A stretch of 64,000 nucleotides of DNA from Asterias rubens (Eukaryota), in NCBI RefSeq assembly GCF_902459465.1, contig NC_047062.1, forward strand, positions 1,550,001 to 1,614,000, given 5' to 3'. The position numbers were made by a program, and so were the translations under genes. Below are positions 35,673 to 48,900 of the stretch, one piece after another (within the stretch, counting starts at the first letter, position 1; the number at the start of each line of letters is the position of its first letter). Under the pieces are notes generated by a model that saw only the letters and a program-made list of their open reading frames with translations, had not been told where the DNA came from and searched no databases.

Positions 35673-38600
35673 AACAGGCGGGAGAGTCAAAGCGCTCCCA
35701 TGGCAACACTCTAAGTCACGTCACTGTTTATTGTTACTGTTATTTAATGCAGCACTTGGGAAACTTTATTTCGTCAGCTTTCTGTGACCACAAAGGAAAA
35801 CTGCAATGTTGTGGCCTTATTTTGGAGAAGGGGAGCTTTAAAGTCTTTAAAAGTGTGGGGCTCAATTTCAAAGAACTGCTTTTAAGCATAAAAAGTAGCT
35901 AAGCACAACAAAATTATGCTGACTAGAATAAGGTTACCAGGCAAAAATGCCATACCCCATGCACCATCTGTGACTGGTACCCTGCTCATATCTGCTTAGC
36001 AGAAAATTGTTAAGTACTTTTTGCTGCTTGAGCAGCTTTAAGACACTTGGCTACTCCTCATGGGACAAGTAAGAAGCTGTGAATTTCTGTAAAAAAAATA
36101 ATGCAAGATAAACTTTTGCTTTTATATATTTATATTATATTTTTGTTTTATTTTTGTACAGGCGGATGGTAGTTTACTTTTCACCAATGAGTGTGAGTAA
36201 ATCATGAAGTCATCCCAGTTTTCATCATCTTTTTATTTTGTTGTTTTTCGTTTGACATCAGACTACCTCTCTCATTTTTGAAATATTGAATGATCGAAAA
36301 AATGATTAAGTGACAAATTTAATCAAGATTTAACCAGTAAACGCTGGAAGACGTGCATACATGCTAATGTTTTCCGTTCCAGAAATGAGATGAGGTGTAA
36401 ACACGCTTTGGCCAAGGTTCTGCGATTCACAATGAAGCATCTAATAAAAGTGGCCTCTTATATAGCGCTCAGGTCCATCACGCAGTGGCGCTCATGGCGC
36501 TTCAACATTATAACCCCCTGGTCACTGGGCCTTTTTATACTCCCTGCGAGTATACAGCCTGTGCTGCCAAATATGTAGCGCACTAGGCTTATCAATCGCA
36601 ATAACCACCTCCACCCTTGCAGGTACCCATTTACCACTGGGTGGAGAGAGGGTTATGGTTAAGTGTCTTGCTCAAAGACACAAGTGACACAACCAGGATT
36701 CGAACCCACACTCTGCTGAACAGAAAAACCAGAGCTTGAGTTCGGTGCTCTGATCGGCTCAGCCACGACACGCCATATGCAACAAATATTCAACATCTCA
36801 TATCACAACCAATCCATGTGAATGTTATGAGAATCTTTTAGAGACTTTTCGTTTGTTTTATCGGGGTTTCGTTCTGATAACGATATTCTCAAAACCAAAA
36901 TATTTCGCCAGTTAAAATTAATCTCGGCACTTGGCACAGAAAAAAATCTAGGAAACCCTTACGCTGGTAGAAGTAAAGCTTGCATGTGTAAAGGTTGTAT
37001 ACGCATACATGTTTGTAACAAGTGGTAAAATGTATCAGTCTTTTTCTTTTTAAATCCTCCTAATTGACTGTTCATTTAAATATTGTTATGCTTCAATGTT
37101 ATTATTGGTAATAGGTTTTACCATATTGTCACAAAGCTTTATGATATCATGTTGTAAATGCACCTAAACCACATTACATTATCAAATTGTGTTCAAGGGA
37201 GAGTACACCTTTGTTAAATACTCCAAAAATTAATGACCACAAAATGGTCAACAATACTCGACCGATTGTAACAAACAAGGTGTCAAAATCACCGTAATAA
37301 AATTTTCCATCTCCCAGTATTTTCATTTTTAGAATACGAGTAACAATTTTAAATTTATAGGTGCGTTTACAACAGCTGCGTTACTTTTTTTTAATGTCTT
37401 TATAACCTAACTAGCCAATAACACCACACGCATATTTCCAACACCGTTGCTATTTGAGTCATATCCCCTTTTCACTGTAGTGATTACAGTACTGATAACA
37501 TAAAATGAACCAGACTTTAATAGATGTTAAACTAATTTGCATCAGGGATAAAGAATCTTGTTTTACCCAAACACCGATGTCTGTTAAGCACCGCATACTC
37601 GGTATTTACTCTGAGTTCTGTGAAGAAAAACCCCCAGGCACCTCACTGGGTTGGGATTCGAACCATGATCTGATCAAACGAGAGTCAGGCTGTTTCTTAG
37701 TCTATTTTTTAGTTTTTGTTGGTTTTATTCAAAGAACAAGGTTTCACTGCATTGTTATATAAACCATCTACCATCAGATTTGACTCATTCTTTCATCCTC
37801 TGGTCATGTCCCTTTTGTTTCATAGTAATGTTCACTACTTATTTTCATTTATATAAAAGCTAAACTAACCATTTCCATTCAAACTGATTTTGATAAAGCC
37901 ATTACTGAATTGGCAGCTTCAGCTATGGCTGGATTGCCGTGTCGTCCTGCGCTGAAGTATAGGACAACACCATAAGCAACAGTTGTAGCCATGACCGTTA
38001 TTGCCAATTGGGATGTAGCCATGACCATTATTGCCAATGGGGATGTAGCCATACACTGATACAAATTTATTTAAGACTTTTATTTTTTTTTGGGGGGGGG
38101 AGGCGAGGGGAGGGGAGGCGAAGATGGCCGGTCTGTGAGCACTCTCCCGAAGAAGTCAAAAGGGGATTCACTCAGGTTTGTGTATTATGAAATTATGCCA
38201 AAGTTTTGGGCAAGTCAAGTTGGGGATTTGTGTCTTGATGCAACATGGAGATATCCAGAAAGATGTGGTTAAAACGCTACTTAATGTTAATTCCATGTTA
38301 TTTAAACCGTGTATGCACATGTATTTGCTTCATATCATTGCCATGGCTAGCTTATTATTGCACTTTATATTGTTAGTTTATGTAAATTTGTTGAGCCCTT
38401 CAAGAAAGTTATTGGTAATTTGATACTGTCTAGAAGGCTAACAAGCAACAGATTTACTGTAAATTTGTTGTTATTGGGAATATTCACATACTCAGACCTA
38501 CATGTAAGTAACAAATGAATAATTGCAATGTATGACTGGTGCATGACATTTTTAAAGTTGAGTTTGTCTTCAGAGTTTGAGTGGAAATTTTGAGGTAGTG

Positions 38601-40689
38601 ATTTGAAGCACCACGGCAGCCCGGGAACTGTTTACTCCCCAGGGTACTGAGAAAGATTACAGGAATGTAAAGCGCATTGATACGTTATTGTAAAATCCAC
38701 TATACATGTATAAGAACTAGTTAATATTATTATTAATCAAATGACAACATATAACACAAGATAACTTCTCGGGCTATATGAATACTTTGTACACGTGTAT
38801 CTTTCAATTTTGAGAATATGTTTCAGATATTTACGAATTGAGTAGTACATATGCCCAATATAGGAGTGCTTGGGGGACTACTGTTGAGTTTATGTAGCCT
38901 TGTATCATGGCCTCTGTCTGTGGCATTCCATGGCCCAATTTAAGCAGAAAATATTGCTTACCAATTGTCTGCTAAACAGAGCTGAGTAGGATACCAGTCA
39001 CAAATTGTACATGTGACATGGAAGTTTAGCCGGTAACCTTATTCTTGTTAGCATAGTTTTGTTATGCTTAGTTACTTTTTGTGCTTAAGCAGCTCTATGA
39101 AATTGGGCCAAGTTGATAAACATCAAGTATGCAAAGAGGCTATCTCAAAGTGGGGAACTGTTTTTGAAGTTAACTTCACTGTAGAACTGACGGAGATCTT
39201 TTGGGGATGCCAAACTTACTGTGACTGAAAAGCTAGTGTTGTGAAAAGTCTTGAAGATACACAGTGTTTCAAACCATAGCACAGTGTGTATGTTAAATGG
39301 AAAATGCTGAAGATGAATTATGTAATGAATGTTAAATTTGCATCAGGATAAAGAATACTATTTGGTATGACACCAATGTGTAAAAAGCACTGTATACTCG
39401 GAACTTTCCCGGGGTTATGTGATGAAGAGAAACGGGTCTATACCTTGGGTGGGATTGGTACTCAAGACCTTTATCTTTATAGAGCAGATATCTTACCTAG
39501 AAGATGTCTAGTTGGTTTTACATTTGCTCTTGATTGTCAAAGGTCTTTGGTTCGAGTCCCACCCAAGTACTATGCTTGTGGATATTTATCGAAGGATGCA
39601 GAAAAGAGAGTACATACGGTGCTAAATACCAAATAGTATGAACTACGTATTAATAAAGTTTGCAGTGTAAATAAGATATATTTAGTTTAAAATAATCTGT
39701 TGATGAATTTAACAATATATATTTTGTTTTACTTAGTGCAATATGAAATCTGCTTGCACATAATGTTTATAATGTCTAAATGTAAATAATAAAACACAGA
39801 CAAGTATGTATTCTTATTATATTTTCAACAGCAGATAAGATGGCGAAAGGAATAGAATATTATAAAACTGGTGTGTGAATTGGAGACTTTGGGGGTCTAG
39901 CGATATAACGGCAGGTATTGCAAATATAGAGTCCCATGTAAAGCTAGTAGACTGGTTACAATTTCATGGCTCTGCTTACTCTTAACGAAAAAATGGCACT
40001 TACAAAATTTCTGTGCTTAAAGACACTGAACACTATTGGTAATTGTCAAAGACTAGTCTTCTCACTTGGTGTATCTCAACAAATGCATAAAATAAACCTG
40101 TGAAAATTTGAGCTCAATCGGTGGTCGGAGTTGCGAGATAACTATGAAAGAAAAAACACACTTGTCACACGAAGTTGTGCGCTTTCAATGCTTGATTTCG
40201 AAACCTCAAATTCTAAATCTGAGGTCTCGAAATCAAATTCGTGGAAAATTACTTCAGAATGTTTTATACTATCAACCTCTCCCCTTTACTCGATACCAAG
40301 TAAAGTTTTATACTAATAATTATTTTGAGTAATTAACAATAGTGTCCACTGCCTTTAACGTTAGCATATTTCACATGTAACTGAGCAAGTATGTTTTGCT
40401 TGCGTGCATGTAATCATGTAAATGAGCGTTCTTTGCTGCAAGGATATATTTTAGGATTGCGAAGCTTACTCAGTAAGCAGAGAATGTTGAACGAAAGTGC
40501 AGTATTTTAAGGCTTTCTGCATCGTAGATCCATGAAATTTGGCCCTGGTTTCTTATTGTAATTGAACCACACCTGACTGGTTGGTAAACTTTGGTATGGT
40601 AACTTGATCATACAGTATGTGTATATGGCAAACAGTTTACATGAATGTAGAGATAATAATATAAAATAATAATAATAATAATGCATTTA

Positions 40690-41000
40690 TAATGCGCCAT
40701 CTATCTAGTGTACAAGACCCTTTTCCGAGGCGCAGAACAAAAAAAAACAATACATACAACAAAAAAGAAATGTAGAACATAATACAAAATTATACAATGA
40801 ATAATCTACTGTCAAGACATGTAACGAGCTAAGTGTAAGAGGATTTAAATAAATGAGTTTTAAGCAAGTTTTTAAACAATGGAAGAGAACTACAGCGCCT
40901 GATGTTATTAGGTAAAGCGTTCCAAAGTTTAGGAGCACAAGCGGAAAAGGCACGATCGCCATATGATGGGGAAATAAAGGTTCAAATATGTAAGAGCTTA
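40690..41000 (-). mobile_element. L2-clade LINE 3' fragment
   Basis: The minus strand of about 40845-40970 reads YGDRAFSACAPKLWNALPNNIRRCSSLPLFKNLLKTHLF, the typical L2 ORF2 terminus, and is followed by an (ATT)n tail. Confidence 0.8.
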
Positions 41001-41519
41001 ACATGTTTCTGCATTGATGTTTTTTATTACGTCTGTTTATGTATTGAATGTTTACTTCTTCGTTGATTGGTTAACCCCTCCTACTGTCTGACCATTCAGT
41101 ATCATCAACTGTGGTTTTGAATAATCTGTAATAACATTCACAGTACTAAAATGTGTGAATGACTTGTTTTAAATAGTCCGTTAAAAGATTTGGGTACTTT
41201 TTGTAACACAAAACACAATGTCCACAGATTTACATCGAACTTACACTGTACGTTTTTACATGCTAAAATAATTTTTGTCTCATGATCACTGAGACAAAAA
41301 TTATTTTCATGACATTGTTTTACTTATTTCTCAAAAATTACATCACCTCAGCAAGTAATACTTTCAGGGAAGCTTCTACCAATATTATCATCAAACTGTG
41401 TAAGTTTGATGTAAATCTGTGGACATTGTGTTTTGTGTTTCAAAAAGTACCTAGAGGAATATTGAATAGTTTGGACGGATGAACTATAGACAAGTCTAAT
41501 ATAATATTTCCTTAATCCG

Positions 41520-42240
41520 AAACCCTAACCCCAAACCTGACCTATAATAACCGTTACACCAAGATTCACCCCAACCCTAATCTGACCCAAACCCTAACCT
41601 TCCTTTTACTTAAACCTAACTCTAACCCGAAAACTAACCCTAACCCTAAAACCATTTCCCTCCTAACCCTACAACTAACCCCAACCCTAATCCCGACTCC
41701 AACCCTAACCCTGTAACTAACCCCACCCCAACCCTAGTACCAACACTAGCCCTAACCCCAACCAAAAACCCCCAACCCTAAAACTAACCCTATCCCTTAA
41801 AACTAACCCCAATCCCAAACCTTGGTAATTGTCAAAGACCAGTCTTCTCACTTGGTGTATCTCAACATATGCATAAAATAACAAACCTGTGAAAATTTGA
41901 GCTCAATCGGTCATCGAACTTGCGAGATAATATAACGAAAGAACAAAAACACCCTGGTCACACGAAGTTGTGTGCTTTCAGATGCTTGATATCGAGACCT
42001 CAAATTCTGAAATCTGAGGTCTTAAAATCAAATTTGTGGAAAATTACTTCTTTCTCAAACACTACGTCACCTCAGAGGGAGCCATTTCTCACAGTGTGTT
42101 ATACTATCAACCTCTCCCCATTACTCGTGATCAAGAAAGGTTTTATGATAATTATTTTGAGTAATTACCAATAGTGTCCACTGCCTTTAAAACCGCACAA
42201 CCCTAAACCCCAACCCTCTTAATACTAACCCTGATCACTA
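41520..42240. repeat. Degenerate (CCCTAA)n telomere-like tract interrupted by MITE A
   Basis: Many ctaaccc/accctaa variants at 41520-41820, resuming at 42190-42240. Confidence 0.8.
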
Positions 42241-43877
42241 ACAATATTTGTGAATTATGAATGAGGGGTTAACATAGATGCGGGTTATCAGAACACATGG
42301 GTGTCAAACAACATTGTAATAATACAGGACTGGTTTGAGAACAATATTAGCGACTAGCTTACCAAGACAATCATTCGCATTCAACTCAATATGAATGTTC
42401 TTTATTGCTTTCACTGATCCCATCACAAAGGCACACATTATCTTATCTCATTTTGTACTTACTTTGATTGTATGATTCTACTTTTTAAGGTTGGCCCATA
42501 GGAAATCATTATATAAAGCTTAAATTATTATTACAATTATTATTGTCTGAGTAAAATCCAATAACTTACAGGTATATCAGGGAAAACAACATTTTATGAA
42601 CATGAGAAGAAAAATGATATAGTAATTATATTTCTGATGGGTCTGTTTTAATTGATTCCCTGATGAAATTACTTGCTTTTAAACAGTTCATAAAATATTT
42701 TGAAGTACATCTTATATTCCGCTTGAGTTATAGGACGGAGTTTGACAAAATAAATAAATATTGTTTTTAAATAATATTTTGTTGATAACAGTATTGAAAC
42801 ATATTTTGATTGAATGAAAATGAGATTTTGGAATGTGGGCTCAGTTTCGAATGACTGCTTAACTCGATTTTGTGCTTACTGTGCTATTTTCATTTCGTAG
42901 AGCTACTAGCTGTGAGCACTAGAAAAGGCATGCTACAATTCTTGCTAACCTGTGAATGCCTTTTTCTGCTATAATAAGTGTAAACAATTGCTTACTGTTA
43001 AGCAGCGCTATGATTTTGGCCCCAGGTGGAATGTTTGGTGAGTTTCCATTTCTACAGTCAGCACACCATTCATGATTTGCATGAGACTAAATACCCAATG
43101 TAAATCCACAGAGTGAGTCCGATGGGATAATTCTACCATTAATGATGGAGATTTCTGTACTCCATTTCAACAAGCTGTTATAGGTACGTTACAGAATTGG
43201 TAAGAAAACAAAATCGTGAAGATCACATATCTGAAATGTCGTATTTGATGAGAAACAAATAGTTTAAGTTTGCGTTTGAAGTTTATAGCTCAGTGAGCGT
43301 TATACTAATTTTTTATTTTTTTGTGTGCATCAATGTCATGCAAAATGTGTAATCAGTTTTTCACTATTTTCTCGTGACCCAGATGGCTGATCGATCTCAA
43401 ACTTCAACAGGTCTGTCAGTTTATGTATTTTATATGGTGGATTACATAAAAGTGCTTACACTGCCAGCAACAGTACTGTTTTGTTAGCAAAACCAATCCT
43501 GTAATGTTCCTTTAAGTAACAAATAACTGCTTAGAACTGAAAAATCTTAAGTACTCTTGTAGACCTATTGTAGACATACTGTTTCTGACTTCTTCTTTTT
43601 TTGGAGCAGAAAAGTTAATTTGCTAAGCACCATTTTCTGCTTTATGAATTTTTTGTGGTGTTCAGGAACGACACAAAAACACCTAATTAATTGGCTTAGC
43701 ACAATTTCCATCTAGGTGTTTTTAAATAAATAAATCAATTTGTTCTAAGGATTCATGTTAATATTGGCTCAGACACCCTCAAATAAAAGTCACATTTTTC
43801 GTTTTATATCAACATGATTTTGGGTGGTCATTATTCAGAAGAGTATTGGTCACATCAGTAAGTTCAACGGTATACTA

Positions 43878-44048
43878 AAGCCTGGTTCATACTTCCTGCA
43901 AATGCAAATGTGAAGACGTTCATACGCAACAAACAACATACAATAATCAAGAGTAGTGTTTAACTCCTGCAGAACATTCAAAGCGAACACAGAGTTTTGA
44001 CTTCAATTGCGCTTCACATTTGTATTTCCAGGAAGTATGAACCGGGTT
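43878..44048. mobile_element. MITE family H (TIR GCCCGGTTCATACTTCCTGC)
   Basis: aagcctggttcatacttcctgc ... ggaagtatgaaccgggt. Fragments at about 21591-21732 and 50160-50240. Confidence 0.7.
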
Positions 44049-45967
44049 GAATTCTTACAATTAAAAAGTGATGTTACTGCTGTTGAACTTTCTATTAATT
44101 CAAACCCTCTTACCTATCCCAGTCAATTTATCCTTTTTCTATTTCAGAAACACAAGGTATAGTAACACTTAAAATTCTTCAGCCTCTTGTTTCAGTTTAA
44201 AATTATAACCTTTAAGCATAGTTTAAAAACACATTAGATTTGAGTACAAATTTTACAAAGTACAAGATGCTGTTTTGTGGTTAAGTACAATTCTTTGTTC
44301 ACCCTCAGATTAGCAGGCCGCCAATTTTAGTCACCCTTAAAAATATAAATATTGTCCCACTGAAAAAATCAAACATTGGAAACTGTAAAAAAGCTTAATA
44401 TTGTTTCCCTCACGCATTAAAGCAAAAAGTATGACTACACAGTCTATAGACCTCTATCATGCTGCCACAATCTTGGTCACGTTCCTGGATCCAATATCAT
44501 GAATGCTTATATCCATTATACAAAAATGCAACCAGACTATTTCTGTCTTCCAGCTTTTGGTTTGGTTACAGTTATTTGGATTGGAGAGATGAACAAGATT
44601 GTCGCCCCATGATAAAGGTTTATATAATACGCGATGAATGCATGAAACCATACACATTAAACCTGCTTATCAAATCATAATTCCGTGTCAATCACCATTG
44701 CCCAAAAATAAAGGCACTAAATTATGCTGCATAAAGTATCAGGTATTAAATTCGTTTTTAGCATTATTTCTGCAAAAACTCTGCCTTTCAAAAATCAGGC
44801 ACATTTCTGATGGGTACCCTTGCAACATGTTGCTACAGTAACAAGATTAAATCTCCGATAGTTGAGATCTAAAACATAAATATTAATTTGTTTACAAATT
44901 GAAACATCACACATGCTTAGTAGAAGCTTAAGGTCACTTCAAACCTATGGTATAAAAAATATTGCGTAAAGTTACACGGTACAAATATTTTACAATTTTG
45001 TGTATTATCAATAAAAGACACGGCACAAGGCTTCGATAGACCTACATTTAAACCTGACTCTAAATGTTTAGTACTTTGCAATATCTAAAACTAAAGTTAT
45101 TTTAAGTACTGGACTACTTGAAGTAACTGTTTCACAAGAAAATATTAAAAGTTCACTTAGTTGTTATATTTAATGAAAGGAATGCCAAATTCTTCTGCAT
45201 ATTTTGTTTAAGCTTTCAGGAATGATTTCCACGGTGGATTCTGCTTATTGTGTTACAATAGTTTTTAATATTGCAGAAATGTTTCAGCACATAATTTGAA
45301 AAATTTATAGTAAAACTTGCATCTACACCAAAGTCTTACTGAACTTTTAAACACAAAAAAAGGAAAAACCAAAACTTAACTATAAAAATAACACGGCTGA
45401 AAGTACGAGAAACTTTTGGGACACAAGTTGGAAACAGACTTGCCAATGGGTGTCTACTATTTCCTCCATTTGGGAGTCAATTCGTTGTGTCAATTTGACT
45501 TCCCAAAATGACAGACCGCAAAAGTGTGTAAGTGCTTTGTGCGCCTTGAAATAGGTCAATACGATCAATAGACCTTATTGAATATGGTGTCACCGTTCAA
45601 ATATTTGCCCTACAAGATGGCGTCTGTGAGTGTGTGCGTGCTTGTGCCGGGAATACTGCGTGCTTCTTTGATGTACGCATTTAGACGCACAAACGGTTTG
45701 ACTTATAGCAGAAAAGGGGTTATTCAATACAGTCATTACTCAGTGCACCACAGTCCTCAGAATGTTTATTGTGTTTATTTCAAGTTTTATGACAGCTGCA
45801 ACACACAATTGTTGCATAAAACAGACTGAAATATGTCTGGAAAAAAACCCTCACAAACTTCAATTAACTATACAAACTTACAGTTTAGGGAAATTCCCCC
45901 CCCCCAAAAAAAGAATATTTATGTACAGGAGTGTCTATAAGACACCATGCTCTCTTCTCGGCAGTAT

Positions 45968-48900
45968 TTATAGGTGAGTGTCGGTAAACATCGTCTGCTC
46001 CTTAGTGTAGCTGTACGGTTGGCTGATATGCGTCATAGTATCTTCATCATATCCCTGTAATCAATTAAGACACAAATGGAAACTCATTAGGAATTCTTCA
46101 GTTCTACTGTTTGAAGACACTGTACCCCTTTGGTAAATGTCAAAGACCAGTCTCCTCACTTGGTGTACCCCAACATATGCATAAAATGAAAAACTACGTT
46201 ACTTCATAGGGAGCCGTTTCTCAAAATGTTTTATACTATGAATAGCTCTACTTGAAGGGAATCAAACACAATGACTCTGTACAACATTTTAACATGAGGT
46301 TAGAGACAGGTATTTTTTTTCCCATTTTCATAGGACTCTATCTATTGGAAAATGATTTAATAACAAGACTGCATTTGTTCTTAAAGCCCCTCTTTAAGGT
46401 TTGAATAAATGTACTGTCTTTCAGGAAACAACAGTTTCAATAAGCCTTTTTGAGATATGGCGGACACAATGCTTCAACACGATAAGGTTCGGGTAAATTT
46501 GTGTGTTTACACCCAGACCAAACAGTACACCCCTATCACGTCCGCCATACCTCAAAAAGGCTCATGGGAGCTTAGAAAACAACAATAATATTATAGGATT
46601 GCGAAGAACAATCTAGGATAGGACCAATTATGTCTTAACATGCAAATCACTCTGGCAACTTTTGAGAAGTAGAATTAAGATTACACAAAGTAATGCTTTC
46701 AAATGGATGTCAACATTAACAAAACTTAAGGAACCCCTCTCCCAGACAAACAAAACGGCAACAGCAACACCACCACCAACAATAACAACATTAACAACAA
46801 CAACATCAACAATTTAACATTATGCCAGCAGAGAAACAAAAACCAAGATTCCCATAACCCAGAGACCAGCAGTCTCTAATCAGCTCTAATACTACAACAG
46901 AGGTTTTAGAAAGGCATAACATATAAGGAAGTTTGAACTACAGACCAGGGCCCAACTTCATGGCTCTGCTTATCATAAACAAAGAATCAGCACTTACAGA
47001 ATCAGGGAATTCCGCGCTTACGTCAAGGGTATTTCACTTGTTAGCAGGGAAGTTTTGCTTGCTGCTTGCGTGCATGAGTATATTCTAAGTAAGCAGGCTT
47101 TCTTTGCCTGTACACAGCTTGCGCAGAAATTCGGTGCTTGCCATCTAAACAAAGAATGGGAATCGCAAAGGCAGAATTTGGCGGTAAGCAGAACCATGAA
47201 ACTGGGACTAGAAGTGTATCCAATGACTAAAGATTCTTTTTCTAAAAGAACTCACAGTATCAAGTAGAGAATACTGAAATGCAGAGAGATCACCAGCACA
47301 GAAGAGAACAATGCGAATTGTTTGTGAACCTCTGGCCCTGTTCTGCCAGTATTTCCCATACTTACATCAGCCATACTAACCATGCCACTGTCGAGCTTGT
47401 TCGGGATCAAGACCCGTGCATCCCAGCCGGAGTCTTCAAACTGCTTCATCTTCTCCGGAGTCGTACCCCTACTATAGGCCCCCGGTGCCTGGGAGGCGTT
47501 CAGGAAACTGGGATTGAGGTAGGCATTACCCAGGCTATGCATGCTGCCTGAACGACTGATGGCTTGGGGAATGGGGTCCTGTAGTAACAAAAAGCAGGGT
47601 TGGTCATTGTTGAGAATAGTTTAGGCAAATATTTAGGAATTACGCCTTTCAATATGACGACACACTCTCTAAAAGTGGAATCCCTGAAGCCAAATGGAGG
47701 CAGATCATTGGACAATAGCTGTTTTTGTGCGTAAAAATTTACATGAAACCTCAGCGTACCAGGTAGCAATTTGTGCTATGCAAGGGGTCTATTGATTTCT
47801 ACCGAACCCATACCAAATGCGAAACAATGCGCGTCTACCATATCAATCATTTTCATGATTTTGAAAGTCAAATCTTTTGTGAAAGTTTGTGCATGATTTT
47901 GAATCACAAAATGGCGAATCGGGCTTGTGATTGAACTGCACGTTGTGCGAGGGGTCTTTAAATTATCTGGGGGAATTTTTGCCTTTTATGATACAGGAAT
48001 GACTTGGCACACAATCGAGGTAAAGAGAGATATACATGCATGGCTATAGGGTCATCACAGATTCGTTCTTTAAAAAATAGAAGGGTGTGATCCTTAGCTA
48101 TATGGCAGTTACAGGTTGAATGGCTTCTGACTGGCATCTCTTAAAGGATTTGGGTACTTTTTCTAACACAAAACACAAAGTCCACAGATTTACATTAAAC
48201 TTACACAGTTTGAAGATAATGATAATACAAAGCTTCCCTAAAAATATTAGTTGCTGAGGTGCTCTAGTTTTTGAGAAATAAGTAAAACAATGTCATGAAA
48301 ATACGTTTTTGAAAGCTAAAATAATTTTCGTCTCATGATCAGTGAGATGAAAATTATTTTCATGACATTGTTTTACTCATCTCTCAAAAACTACAGCTCC
48401 TCAGCACGTAATATTTTCAGGGAAGCTTTATACTATCATAATCTTTAAACTGTGTAAGTTTAGTGTAAATCTGTAGAAATTGTGTTTTTTGTTCTACAAA
48501 AAAGTACATAGACCCTTTAAACAAACCAAGCATGCTATGTGCAATGTGCATGGACAAGCATACCCACTATGAGTTGCGTGACTCTGTTCACCAAATGTGT
48601 CTATTACATAAAATATGATTGGTCATTTGAAATACACTTTCTGATTGGTTAATTCATCTTTTGACTCACCAGTATGCTCTCAGTCTCAGAGTACTTCCCG
48701 CATGTATTGAAAGTGAAGTTACCGCGTTGCTGTCGGGGCGGCAGAGGTCTGCGCTCTCGCTCGTAGGGTTTGCGTGTTCCCATACGACTCAGGAAGATAG
48801 CGATGAGTATAAAGAGAATGACAACTCCAATGAGGACCATGATGGCTATGAACCAGACAGAGGAGTACCAGGCTACCTGAGGTATGGGGGTTGCGCCTCC

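Noticed and set aside
37984-38053. 30-bp x2.3 repeat giving an MATSxLAIxV ORF on the minus strand
   Set aside because: It is a short tandem repeat downstream of KCTD3 with no splice or homology support for coding.
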